From NCBI GenBank assembly GCA_016182875.1, contig JACPFQ010000004.1, positions 28,637-92,636 on the forward strand: a DNA stretch of 64,000 bases, written 5' to 3'. Numbering within the stretch: position 1 is the stretch's first letter; each line of letters opens with the position of its first letter. The translations under genes were made by a program, and so were the position numbers. This stretch comes from Candidatus Doudnabacteria bacterium (GTDB lineage Bacteria; Patescibacteriota; Doudnabacteria; UBA920; O2-02-FULL-48-8). Under the pieces are notes generated by a model that searched no databases, had not been told where the DNA came from, and was given only the letters and a program-made list of their open reading frames with translations. This document shows positions 48,007-56,670 of the stretch, piece by piece.

Positions 48007-49155
48007 TCAAGCCTCATAGTGAGAAACTTTGAGAGCTTGCTTGTTTGGGTTAATCTCGTCGATAAGCGAGATGAAATCCGAGCTGCCGTTCGGCTTGACG
48101 ATTTTACGGAAACTTCGTTCATGGTTGAAGCTGATTTTTTTGTCGAGGATTTGCTCCACCAAAAAAACCGCTTCCCTGGGTATGCGCGCATATTGAACAA
48201 TTTCATTTTCAAGGAGGTATTCAAGGTTAGCCAGCTCATGCCCGGGACGGACGTCAGTTATGACCATGGGAAGTTTTTTCACAACTGCTTCGGCCATGGT
48301 GGGCCCTCCGGTCTTTCCTACCAGCACATCAGCCGCCGACATCAGGGGCCCCATATGGTCCATATAGCCAAAAATTTTTACAGGATGCCGATTAGGCGAG
48401 GAAATTTTTTCGAGTTCTTCTTTAAGCCTCTTGTTGTGGCCGCAAACAACCACGATTTGGTATGCTTTCGGACTGCGCAGGAGCTGTAAAAAAATTTCTT
48501 TCACAAAATTCCGCACGTTTCCACCGCTGGTAACCAAAACCACGGGCATGCTCGTAAGCAAACCGAGGCTTTGGCAGGATTGTTCTTTGCTAACTTGTTC
48601 GAAGTACTCATCCATAATCAGCGTTCCGCTCAAAGCAATCTTTTCATCCGGAATTTTAAGCTTTCTAAGCTCCTCCACCTGCTTGGCGACATTGCAAATG
48701 TATAAGTCCACTTCTTTATACAGCCAGAACCTCTGCAAATGGTAGTCAGAAAAAACCACCACCAGCTTCCCATGGTATAAACCTTTGGATTTAAGATAAG
48801 AAACAATCCCTGAGGGAATGGTTTGGGTGGAAATCACCACTGCCGGCTGAAACTCCCGCAGAATTTGCAAGATTCTCTTGGCCTTAAAGGACGCAATAAA
48901 CTTTCTGAAAGGCAAGGTTACGGAAAGTATCAAATTCGAATGGTACAAAAACCCCCAAAGAGCGGAAATGTGAGCAAGAATCGTAGAATAAGTTTTTTGG
49001 ATGATGGAAGCAAAGAACCCACTCTCCATATCCTCCACGTCTTCCATCCTGACTTCATACCTTCCGCTTTTATTAAGCTTCTCGGCAATCGCCACGGCAG
49101 TCATTTTTATGCCATAGCCGATGTGCGTGTGCAGGATAAGCACTTTTGTTTTCAT
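48007..49155 (-). CDS. GT28-family glycosyltransferase (MGDG-synthase/UgtP-like)
   Basis: 382 aa. N-terminal MGDG_synth-like and C-terminal Glyco_tran_28_C-like regions. Confidence 0.65.
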   Translation of the reverse strand: MKTKVLILHTHIGYGIKMTAVAIAEKLNKSGRYEVRMEDVEDMESGFFASIIQKTYSTILAHISALWGFLYHSNLILSVTLPFRKFIASFKAKRILQILREFQPAVVISTQTIPSGIVSYLKSKGLYHGKLVVVFSDYHLQRFWLYKEVDLYICNVAKQVEELRKLKIPDEKIALSGTLIMDEYFEQVSKEQSCQSLGLLTSMPVVLVTSGGNVRNFVKEIFLQLLRSPKAYQIVVVCGHNKRLKEELEKISSPNRHPVKIFGYMDHMGPLMSAADVLVGKTGGPTMAEAVVKKLPMVITDVRPGHELANLEYLLENEIVQYARIPREAVFLVEQILDKKISFNHERSFRKIVKPNGSSDFISLIDEINPNKQALKVSHYEA

Positions 49156-49171
49156 TTTTGGTTTCTTTGGA

Positions 49172-49778
49172 TTAATTTATTTTTGCGACGACTCTTACAA
49201 GCGCCGAGTCAGCGTCTAATTTCATTGGCAGGGCTATGACTTCGAATTGTTGGTTTAATAATTTTTCTAAATTGGTTAAATTTTCGATAATCAAAATCTC
49301 TTTTACAAGCAAAATTTTGTGGATGTTGTATGGCGGCGCATCGGGACTTGAAGTGTCTACACCAACCGCATTAACTTTCAGCTCAATTAGCTTTTGCGCA
49401 AATTCTTCGGTCAGCACGGGATAGTCCTTGTAATATCCAACCTGCCCAAACTTATTTGCCCAACCCGTAAAAACCAAGACTATATCCCCTGCTCGGACGC
49501 CTTCTAATAATTCTGGACCAATGTTTTTGTTTCTCGCATCGACCAAGAATCCCTTGCCAAAAAATTTTTCCGGAGGGATTTCATAAAGCTTCCTCCCGCC
49601 TGCAATCATATGCGCCGGACCATCCATGTGGGTACCAACATGCATTCCGGTTCTGACTTCAAAATCCGAATAGCCGTGTTCTTCAATAGTATTAAATTGC
49701 TTCAAAGTCGGCTGAGGATCCCCAGGATGCACCGGCATGCCAACTTTAAATGTATGGGTTAGGTCAACGTATTCCATA
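49172..49778 (-). CDS. Cyclase-family protein (arylformamidase/kynurenine formamidase-like)
   Basis: Start taken at MEYVDLTHTF. HxGTHxDxPxH motif (GMHVGTHMDGPAHM). Confidence 0.75.
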
Positions 49779-50556
49779 TGAGATAAATCAAATATAGGAA
49801 GGCAACAAAAATCAAAAAATTCCTTAGGTAAATATCGGGTATTTTCTGAATATGCGTGGCGACGAAATATGCGCCGACAAAAGTTCCAAACCATAAGGTT
49901 ATAACATATGGCCAAACTAACAATCCCGCGAAGGCTGTTATTCCGATTGAAACAAAAGTTGCCGGTAAGTAAACAATACTGCTTACACCGATTCCCTCTA
50001 CGGCTTTCATTCTCAACAAACTCACGAAAGCAACTTTCATAAATGTGCCGCTACCCACCCCGGAAATGTTAGTGTACAAGCCCAAAACTCCCATGATGCT
50101 GCCAAGCAAAGGGTATTGTTTCAAGGTCACGCGCAATTCATCTAAATTTTTTGGTTCGTGATTTTTCCCCACAAGCATGTATAAAATTAGGAAAATTAAC
50201 GCCGCAATAAGCAAGTAGCTTAAGAGCGTCGCTGAAATCTTAATCAAAAAAATACTCCCAAATATACTTCCAACAAAAAACGGCAGCGTAACAAGCCAAA
50301 TTAATTTTTTGTTGCTCCAAATGCTCCGTGGCGATGCCGACATAACCCCCAAATCAGCTCCGAGCACGCCCCCCAAATCAGTGGCAACCACAACAGGCAA
50401 TGGTAATCCGAATGAAGCGAGCACAAACTGAATTAATATTCCCCCGCCGCCGACGACAACAGCATAGCCTTCAGCGATCATTCCAGTCAAAAAAATCACG
50501 GGCAGATGCCAAAGATGAAAACTAGATGGCGTTATGTTTGAAAAAAATTCAAGCAT
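49759..50556 (-). CDS. TauE/SafE-family sulfite exporter-like membrane protein
   Basis: 265 aa, polytopic. Shows the internal repeat typical of the TauE family. Confidence 0.7.
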   Translation of the reverse strand: MLEFFSNITPSSFHLWHLPVIFLTGMIAEGYAVVVGGGGILIQFVLASFGLPLPVVVATDLGGVLGADLGVMSASPRSIWSNKKLIWLVTLPFFVGSIFGSIFLIKISATLLSYLLIAALIFLILYMLVGKNHEPKNLDELRVTLKQYPLLGSIMGVLGLYTNISGVGSGTFMKVAFVSLLRMKAVEGIGVSSIVYLPATFVSIGITAFAGLLVWPYVITLWFGTFVGAYFVATHIQKIPDIYLRNFLIFVAFLYLIYLIWNTLT

Positions 50557-50580
50557 TTTGTTTCAGATAGCTTCCTTACT

Positions 50581-50922
50581 CTACCGCAGCCGGTCTCCGA
50601 TATTGACGGATAGCTTGGATGGGGTTATCAAAATCCACCCATCTCCAGAATTATTTTTGAGGCCAAGAGTCAGCACTTCAGAAATAAAAGGGCCGATTTG
50701 CTTCGGAGGAAAATTAACCACTCCCAACATCATCATTCCTAGCAATTCTTCTTTGGTATGCGCCCCAACCGCCTGCACGCTGGAAGCCTTAATGCCTAAC
50801 TCCGGCCCAAAATCAATTTTTAATTTAAATGCCGGCTTTCTGGCCTCTGGAAAATCCTGGACGTCAATTATCTTGCCCAGGCGTACGTCCACTTTTTCAA
50901 AGTCGTCGTAACTTATGGTCAT
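50581..50922 (-). CDS. CsaA/Trbp111-like tRNA-binding domain protein (second paralog)
   Basis: Start taken at MTISYDDFEKVDVRLGKI. VVNFPPKQIG. The longer ORF would overlap the REP-like repeat. Confidence 0.65.
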   Translation of the reverse strand: MTISYDDFEKVDVRLGKIIDVQDFPEARKPAFKLKIDFGPELGIKASSVQAVGAHTKEELLGMMMLGVVNFPPKQIGPFISEVLTLGLKNNSGDGWILITPSKLSVNIGDRLR

Positions 50923-50949
50923 AAATTTCTCTGGCGGAGAGGGTGGGAG

Positions 50950-50993
50950 TCGCCCAGTCATCCGACTGGGCGTCCGGTCGTATGACCGGACGA
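50950..50993. repeat. GC-rich double-hairpin repeat (REP-like), copy 2
   Basis: CGCCCAGTCATCCGACTGGGCG + TCCGGTCGTATGACCGGACGA. Lies between tRNA-Ser and the csaA-like gene. Confidence 0.5.
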
Positions 50994-51009
50994 ACAGCTA
51001 AATTTCAAC

Positions 51010-51099
51010 TGGCGGAAGCGGGAGGATTCGAACCTCCGATAGGGTTTCCCCTATACCGCATTTCGAGTGCGGCCCATTCGGCCACTCTGGCACGCTTCC
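51010..51099 (-). tRNA. tRNA-Ser (anticodon CGA), class II
   Basis: Acceptor GGAAGCG/CGCTTCC. Anticodon loop CTCGAAA. Long variable arm. CCA encoded. Confidence 0.75.
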
Positions 51100-51128
51100 C
51101 TATTGTCATTCTGAACGCAGTGAAGAAT

Positions 51129-51845
51129 CTATACCGAGATCAGATCCTTCGCTTCACTCAGGATGACACCATAATTCTTTTCAAAATTCCTAAATGAGCA
51201 AAAACTTCTAATCACTTGTTGCACGAACGTGAAACTGGTGCGATGCACGGGTGTTACACCGAATCTTTTCAAAGCCGCTCGATGCTCCTTAGTGCCATAA
51301 CCTTTATGTTTCACGAATCCATAATTCGGATACTGCTCATGCAACTCAGCCAGTATTTTATCCCGTGAAACTTTGGCGATAATCGAAGCCGCTGAGATAG
51401 AAAGAATTTTTACATCGCCATCAACTACCGGTTCCTGCGCAAAATCAAACCGTTTTATTCTGTGCAAGCCGTCCAGAAACAAATAATCCGGCAATACCTT
51501 CAACTGCTCAGCTGATTTCTGCATCGCCAGCATTGCCGCTTGATGAATATTTATTTCGTCAATCGTTTCGTGTGACACGACTCCGATTCCAAAGTCAACG
51601 CAATTATCTTTTATAAATTCTATGAGTTCGGTTCTTTCCTTCTCATTCGTCGTCTTTGAATCGCGCACGCGGTACCACCATTTGTTCTTGCTGCGCTGTC
51701 TGCCGATTGACTGCGAATCAAGAATGACCGTGGCGGCCACCACCGGGCCGGCCAGCGGCGCGATTCCCACTTCATCACAACCAGCAACCACTTTAAACCC
51801 TTCGAGATATTTTTGTGTTTCGTGCTTATATGTCGGAAATTTCAT
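51129..51845 (-). CDS. rnhB: Ribonuclease HII
   Basis: 238 aa. N-terminal GCDEVGIAPLAGPVVAA motif. Confidence 0.85.
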   Translation of the reverse strand: MKFPTYKHETQKYLEGFKVVAGCDEVGIAPLAGPVVAATVILDSQSIGRQRSKNKWWYRVRDSKTTNEKERTELIEFIKDNCVDFGIGVVSHETIDEINIHQAAMLAMQKSAEQLKVLPDYLFLDGLHRIKRFDFAQEPVVDGDVKILSISAASIIAKVSRDKILAELHEQYPNYGFVKHKGYGTKEHRAALKRFGVTPVHRTSFTFVQQVIRSFCSFRNFEKNYGVILSEAKDLISV

Positions 51846-52153
51846 CTTACTACTTCAGTTTTGTTTGCATTCATTAATTGTTTATGTAATTCAGGCAGTC
51901 TTTTGGCTAACATATCGAGTTCGTTTTGAGTTGCTTCTACCAGCAACCGAAGCGCATTACGAGCGTGCAAGGCTTCTACGAAAGTCAAGATTTCAGGATG
52001 AGTTTCTAAAAAACTAAGCGGAACTTTCACGAAGTATGTACCAGACTGCAATGACTCAAAAAAATCCCGAAATTGACTGACTGGACGGCTCAAAAACTCT
52101 TCCGTCACGTCATGCGGATCCTTTGGTTCTTTTGTTGGTTCGCCTTCTGCCAT
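51842..52153 (-). CDS. Hypothetical protein
   Basis: 103 aa, coupled to rnhB by a 4-nt overlap. No motif recognised. Confidence 0.35.
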   Translation of the reverse strand: MAEGEPTKEPKDPHDVTEEFLSRPVSQFRDFFESLQSGTYFVKVPLSFLETHPEILTFVEALHARNALRLLVEATQNELDMLAKRLPELHKQLMNANKTEVVR

Positions 52154-52157
52154 TTTT

Positions 52158-52233
52158 TTGGTGGACCTGGCGGGACTCGAACCCGCGATCTTTAGTATGC
52201 CATACTAACGCTTTTCCTCTAAGCTACAGGCCC
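52158..52233 (-). tRNA. tRNA-Ala (anticodon GGC)
   Basis: G3:U70 wobble pair in the acceptor (Ala identity). Anticodon loop ATGGCAT. CCA encoded. Confidence 0.8.
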
Positions 52234-52904
52234 GCTAAAATTAACTTTGGGATTGCTTCAAGCTCAAGTTGTATATGACTGCCAACTCCCATGATGACAC
52301 AAACGCCTTTATATTCTTTATTCTTTGTTGGTTTGCCAATAGTTCTCGGGTCAAATTTTGTCTTATAAAAATTTCTCAAAGGTATACCAGTTAGGACTGA
52401 CCAATATTTCTCCAAACTTTTAATGTTCTGATCTGCTCGATAACTAACCCTACACTTAAGGTTCCTGTGATCAACTCCATAGCATAACTCTAGTAATTTA
52501 ATATATAAAAGAATTATATTCGGATCAGAACTACCGAGTACCATGCCGCTATGACCTTTCCACTTAGTTCCTTCACCTAAATAAAGAGTGGCTAAAATCA
52601 TTTTTAAAACATCTAAATCTTTGGTTTTTTGCTGAAGTGGTTTTATGTTATTCAACAATTCTTGGATAAACCTCTCGCGCTTGATTTTATTTGCTGCCCA
52701 TGCTAATTCTCTGGCTTTTTTATAATTCTCTTGGTTCAGTTTGTAAATCTTTTGCCTGTACCACTTTGGCAAAACAACATCCTTACACCAGCCAGATAGC
52801 GTCGCCTTAGGTAATGATAACTTCAAAGCCTGCTCAATTTCGGAATAAGTCTTGCCTTTGGCCCGAAGTTTGATTACTTGCTGTTTTATTTCCACTCGAT
52901 TCAT
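52224..52904 (-). CDS. HTH + LAGLIDADG-like (single-motif) putative homing-endonuclease-like protein
   Basis: 226 aa. N-terminal HTH. ILATLYLGEGTKW resembles a degenerate LAGLIDADG motif. Sits between two tRNAs. Tentative. Confidence 0.35.
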   Translation of the reverse strand: MNRVEIKQQVIKLRAKGKTYSEIEQALKLSLPKATLSGWCKDVVLPKWYRQKIYKLNQENYKKARELAWAANKIKRERFIQELLNNIKPLQQKTKDLDVLKMILATLYLGEGTKWKGHSGMVLGSSDPNIILLYIKLLELCYGVDHRNLKCRVSYRADQNIKSLEKYWSVLTGIPLRNFYKTKFDPRTIGKPTKNKEYKGVCVIMGVGSHIQLELEAIPKLILAGL

Positions 52905-52965
52905 AATTATATAATACCCTAAAAAGTCTCCATGTGTAAATAGATTGTAAAAGATCTTCTCATCA

Positions 52966-53041
52966 TACTATTTCTGGTCCTCTCGGAGGGAGTCGAACCC
53001 CCATCGTACCCTTAGGACGGGTCTGCTCTGATCCATTGAGC
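52966..53041 (-). tRNA. tRNA-Arg (anticodon CCT)
   Basis: Acceptor CCTCTCG/CGAGAGG. Anticodon loop GTCCTAA. One G.A mismatch at the base of the anticodon stem. CCA encoded. Confidence 0.6.
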
Positions 53042-53117
53042 TACGAGAGGTAATTCACTGATTAAAAAGCCTAATAATTTTACTGATTTATGACCTCATT
53101 GTAAAGCCTTTGAACAA

Positions 53118-53759
53118 TTGATTCAATCGAATAATAAAACTACCCTAACAACCATGACAAAGTTTACGCAATTAGAACAAATTGATGAGGGGGATGTGAT
53201 TGTGGCTTGCTCATTTGGCAGGAACAGTTTAAGGGACAAGGAACTTTATGTTATCAGCAGAATTTATAACCAAACACAGAACCAAGATTTTGTCGCAACC
53301 GCAGCGCTTCTGAAACTGGGCTTCGACCCAGGGCTTCCCAACCGCGAAATCGCCGAGCTCTGCCAAAGGCTGTCATCTCAAACCGCTCGGCCGATGATTT
53401 TACAGTGGGAAGTCGCGGCAGCTTTGGACTTGTACTGGTACCAACAAAACCAGAAGCGGATAATTGCGGTCTGGCCGCCGGAAAACGGGTCCCACTTAAG
53501 CACGCGGGGATTTGCCTTGACTGCCCAGGACATCATGAACATTGCGGGACTGCGCAAACCAATATTGGTTACCCATAACTACCACCAACTGCGAGCTTCC
53601 CTAATTTTCAAAAAACTTGGACTTAACCCAATAATTATCGACACGAAAATAAATTCCTTCGACGCGAACTCTGTCCAGCCTTTCACGCGGAGTCTAAAAA
53701 ACTGGATGGCTAGAGAAATCCCCTCCCGAATTTATCACTGGTTTGCGGAATGGATATAG
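53118..53759 (+). CDS. DUF218 (YdcF/ElyC-like) domain protein
   Basis: 213 aa. ILVTHNYHQLRASLIF matches the DUF218 signature. Confidence 0.5.
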   Translation: MIQSNNKTTLTTMTKFTQLEQIDEGDVIVACSFGRNSLRDKELYVISRIYNQTQNQDFVATAALLKLGFDPGLPNREIAELCQRLSSQTARPMILQWEVAAALDLYWYQQNQKRIIAVWPPENGSHLSTRGFALTAQDIMNIAGLRKPILVTHNYHQLRASLIFKKLGLNPIIIDTKINSFDANSVQPFTRSLKNWMAREIPSRIYHWFAEWI

Positions 53760-53823
53760 ACAGGAGTATGATGACTGGGAAGAGCTCCATTTTTTATGGA
53801 CAAAAAAATCCGGGAGTCTTCAC

Positions 53824-53850
53824 ACCCGCCCAAAATAGGCGGGTTTTAGT
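53824..53850 (+). terminator. Rho-independent terminator
   Basis: CCCGCCCAAAATAGGCGGG followed by TTTT. Confidence 0.5.
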
Positions 53851-53904
53851 AGACCGCAGCACTTTTACGAAGTAAAATGCGAAGGTCTACCAATTGCGAC
53901 GCAG

Positions 53905-53978
53905 CGGGGTGTCGTATACCGGTAGTACGCACGCTTCGGGTGCGTGTAGACTGGGTTCAATTCCCAGCACCCCGACCA
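53905..53978 (+). tRNA. tRNA-Pro (anticodon CGG)
   Basis: C1:G72 acceptor (CGGGGTG/CACCCCG). Anticodon stem CACGC/GCGTG. Loop TTCGGGT with U33 and G37. CCA encoded. An alternative Glu(TTC) fold was rejected on geometry. Confidence 0.65.
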
Positions 53979-54134
53979 AGAAATAGGCCCTGTTTATAAG
54001 GGAATTGAACGGGCAGAAGTGAGACAAGGCCTCAGCCGCAGTCGAACGTCGGCGAATGCGAGCAGGCGCAGCATTCGACGCTGCCCCGGCGTGAGCGCTT
54101 CAGCGCGAACTGAAAATTCCCAGCACCCCGACCA
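53979..54134 (+). mobile_element. ~156-bp insertion/remnant at tRNA-Pro 3' end ending in an exact 20-nt duplicate of the tRNA 3' end
   Basis: AATTCCCAGCACCCCGACCA occurs at the tRNA 3' end and again at 54115-54134. The internal sequence is roughly 75% identical to the tRNA-Leu trailer. Confidence 0.4.
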
Positions 54135-54273
54135 GAATCGCTCGGCAATTTGCAAAATTATCGGCTGTCAAAATCTGCTGATTTTGCAGCCTACTTGCTC
54201 GCGCCGGAGTACTAGCGCAGGTTAATTTTGCAAACAGCCTCGCTTTTTAGACAATAAGTAACCATTTTTGTCA

Positions 54274-55602
54274 ATGTTTCACGTGAAACATTTCAAATTG
54301 CATCAGTTGTTATTCTTTGTTTTTCTAATAACCCTGCCACTTCAGACAAGAGTAATCTTTCAACCTGAAACCGCCTATATTGGCGCTGTTTTTAATTACC
54401 ATTTGGCTTTTTTTGTCTATTTATCGGATTTGGTGTTCTTCGCAGCCATCTTAGACTGGCTCTTGTTTCACAGGCCCAATTTAGTTTCACGTGGAACTAT
54501 TTTATGGCCTACAGTTGCTCTATTTTCCTTGATTTTAGCTACATTGTTTCACGTGAAACATATAGATTTAGGGCTTTACAGTACTCTAAAGTGGCTTGAA
54601 TTAATAATGTTGCTTGTTTACGCATGGTCGAATTTTAAAGAAAAACTGATGTTTCACGTGGCACTATGGATTTTATTTGGCTCAGGGGTTATTCAGGCAA
54701 TTATTGGAATATGGCAGTTTCACGTGCAACATGGTCTTAATCTAACTTTTTTGGGTGAATATGTTTCACAACTAGGAACTCCAGGCTTGGCTACTATACA
54801 GTTTCACGGAGAAAAACTGATTAGGGCCTATGGAACCATGCCTCATCCCAATGTTTTGGCAGGTTTTTTACTAGTTTCACTTGTCTGCGGCCTGTATCTA
54901 TTGTCCCGTGAAACAATGTTTCACAAAATAAAAAGTGTCTTAGTTTCATGTGGAACTATTCTGATTTTGCTCGGAATTTTCTTTAGTTTCTCAAGAATTA
55001 GCTGGATTTTGGCGGGTTTGACCATTCTTGCCTACATTTGGTTTCATGTGAAACACATGAATTGGTTCCACGTGAAACTAATAAGCATAATCGCCATTGT
55101 TTCACTTAGCATAATTTTTCTTGGTTATAAGGACCTGGCTGTTTCGCGTGGGTCAGAAAGCCTGGATAGCAATTCGGTCAATCTTCGGACAACTTACAAT
55201 CAGCAGGGGATAGAACTTATAAAAAAATACCCGCTACTTGGCGTAGGAGTAGGGCATTACATTCCGGCTATCCGCGATTCATACCGGCTGCCGGACTGGC
55301 AATACCAGCCAGCGCATAACATTTATATTTTATTGGGAGTGGAGTTAGGCATCCTGGGACTCGGGTTATTTTTGCTGATAGTCGGCAAAATCTTCGCACT
55401 GGCCTGGCCGCAAAAAAACTCCGCCTTCGCCAAGGCTACGGCGGACAAGCAACTGCTGACTTTTTCTTTACTGCTGGCAGTTGGAAGTTTTCTAATTATT
55501 GGTTTGTTCGATCACTACCCGATAACTATTCAACAAACACGTCTAACTTTTTTTCTGCTGTTAGGAATGCTTGCGGCTTCAGGTAATTTGGGGGACATAT
55601 GA
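54274..55602 (+). CDS. O-antigen ligase/Wzy-like polytopic membrane protein
   Basis: Start taken at the ATG (MFHVKH) 6 nt inside the TTG-start ORF. Polytopic. Wzy_C-like region HNIYILLGVELGILG. Confidence 0.65.
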   Translation: MFHVKHFKLHQLLFFVFLITLPLQTRVIFQPETAYIGAVFNYHLAFFVYLSDLVFFAAILDWLLFHRPNLVSRGTILWPTVALFSLILATLFHVKHIDLGLYSTLKWLELIMLLVYAWSNFKEKLMFHVALWILFGSGVIQAIIGIWQFHVQHGLNLTFLGEYVSQLGTPGLATIQFHGEKLIRAYGTMPHPNVLAGFLLVSLVCGLYLLSRETMFHKIKSVLVSCGTILILLGIFFSFSRISWILAGLTILAYIWFHVKHMNWFHVKLISIIAIVSLSIIFLGYKDLAVSRGSESLDSNSVNLRTTYNQQGIELIKKYPLLGVGVGHYIPAIRDSYRLPDWQYQPAHNIYILLGVELGILGLGLFLLIVGKIFALAWPQKNSAFAKATADKQLLTFSLLLAVGSFLIIGLFDHYPITIQQTRLTFFLLLGMLAASGNLGDI

Positions 55603-56438
55603 AAGCATATATCCAAGAACTCGAAGTTCGAAACAACAAACAAAAAGATGAGTATATTAAAAATTTCTTAAGGGAAAGAAATATTCCCTTTTCTACTCAA
55701 ACATTTAGTACATTGCTGGCAGAAGGTGAAAATATTATCGTTGACTATCCGTTCAATAAAAATCCAAATGGCAAAAAAATCTATCTGACAGCCCACTACA
55801 ATGCGTGGTTTAAAAGCCCCGGGGCAAATGACAATGCGTCGGGTGTTGCTGTGCTTTTAGGTTTTCTGGAAAAATTATTGATAGAGAATAAAGATACGGC
55901 ACTAAAATTTATTTTCTTTGATTTAGAAGATGGCTGGGCTGTTCGCGGCGGCTCAAAAGCATATGTCCGGGAGTTTGGCGTCTCCGATGTAGAAAAAAAT
56001 TTCAATATAGATCACGTAGGCATGGGCCGTATGCTTCTACTCTGGCCAAGCAAGGGTAATAACTGGCTTAATCCGCTTGTTAATAACGCGGAAAGCCTGG
56101 GATTTTCCCCTTTTCATTTGCCGACGGCCAGGATAGTGCTGATAACTTTTCCCGCTGAACGCGGTTTTGTTTCAGATCATCTTTCTTTCCTTGAGGCTGG
56201 TTGTATGCAAGCCTGTTCTCTAAGCACTTTCCCTAAGGAAGATTTGCCTTTGTTTGAACCTCTTTTGCGAGGCGAGGGCAGACTGAGGTTTATCTATGAA
56301 CTGCTAAAATACCGCCTCTTCGGCAAGGGCACGGTTCCAAAGCTTATGAAACATTATCACAATAGGGACGACCGATCAGAGTTTGTTGAAGAGCAGAATT
56401 TGCAAAACATGCTTACTCTGCTTTGGAGAGTGACTTAA
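55599..56438 (+). CDS. M28-family zinc peptidase-like protein
   Basis: 279 aa. HYNAW, GANDNASGVAVLLG and FFDLEDG motifs. Start overlaps the ligase stop (ATGA). Confidence 0.55.
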   Translation: MKAYIQELEVRNNKQKDEYIKNFLRERNIPFSTQTFSTLLAEGENIIVDYPFNKNPNGKKIYLTAHYNAWFKSPGANDNASGVAVLLGFLEKLLIENKDTALKFIFFDLEDGWAVRGGSKAYVREFGVSDVEKNFNIDHVGMGRMLLLWPSKGNNWLNPLVNNAESLGFSPFHLPTARIVLITFPAERGFVSDHLSFLEAGCMQACSLSTFPKEDLPLFEPLLRGEGRLRFIYELLKYRLFGKGTVPKLMKHYHNRDDRSEFVEEQNLQNMLTLLWRVT

Positions 56439-56454
56439 AATATGCGATAGCATT

Positions 56455-56560
56455 TTATAAGTCCAATAACCATTCAGCAAATACGTTTAACTTTTTTTCT
56501 TCTATTAGGACTTTTGGCTGCAGTAACTAATATGACTAATGCAACAGAATCAGAATAGCG
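56455..56560 (+). pseudogene. Diverged duplicate of the 3' end of the Wzy-like gene
   Basis: Encodes ...QQIRLTFFLLLGLLAAVTN, which parallels the ligase C-terminus ...QQTRLTFFLLLGMLAASGN. Confidence 0.45.
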
Positions 56561-56670
56561 AATACATGTTAAAAATATTCTAGCCGGCTGAAGTAAATGC
56601 TTGCGCAAATACAATCAGCCGACTTTCTTCTTCTTCCTTTCCTCCTTTTTGCATTGATGACCCTGTTCAA

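Noticed and set aside
53905-53978. Initial reading of this tRNA as tRNA-Glu(TTC)
   Set aside because: The repeated CGCACGC allows two anticodon-arm folds. Only the CACGC/GCGTG fold gives a correct D-stem-to-anticodon spacing and a 4-nt variable loop, with U33 and G37. It yields anticodon CGG, and the C1:G72 acceptor is a Pro hallmark.
54100-54140. tRNA-like minihelix (acceptor plus T-arm mimic) formed by the duplicated tRNA 3' end and upstream hairpin
   Set aside because: Only a partial 5' partner exists (CGGCGTG versus CGGGGTG; 3-bp T-stem). The tRNA-Leu copy has no 5' partner at all. Simple target-site duplication explains both copies.
54274-55160. CRISPR array as an explanation for the repeated GTTTCACGTGAAAC motif
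   Set aside because: Repeats are irregularly spaced (25-180 bp), lie inside a continuous membrane-protein ORF, and no cas genes are nearby.
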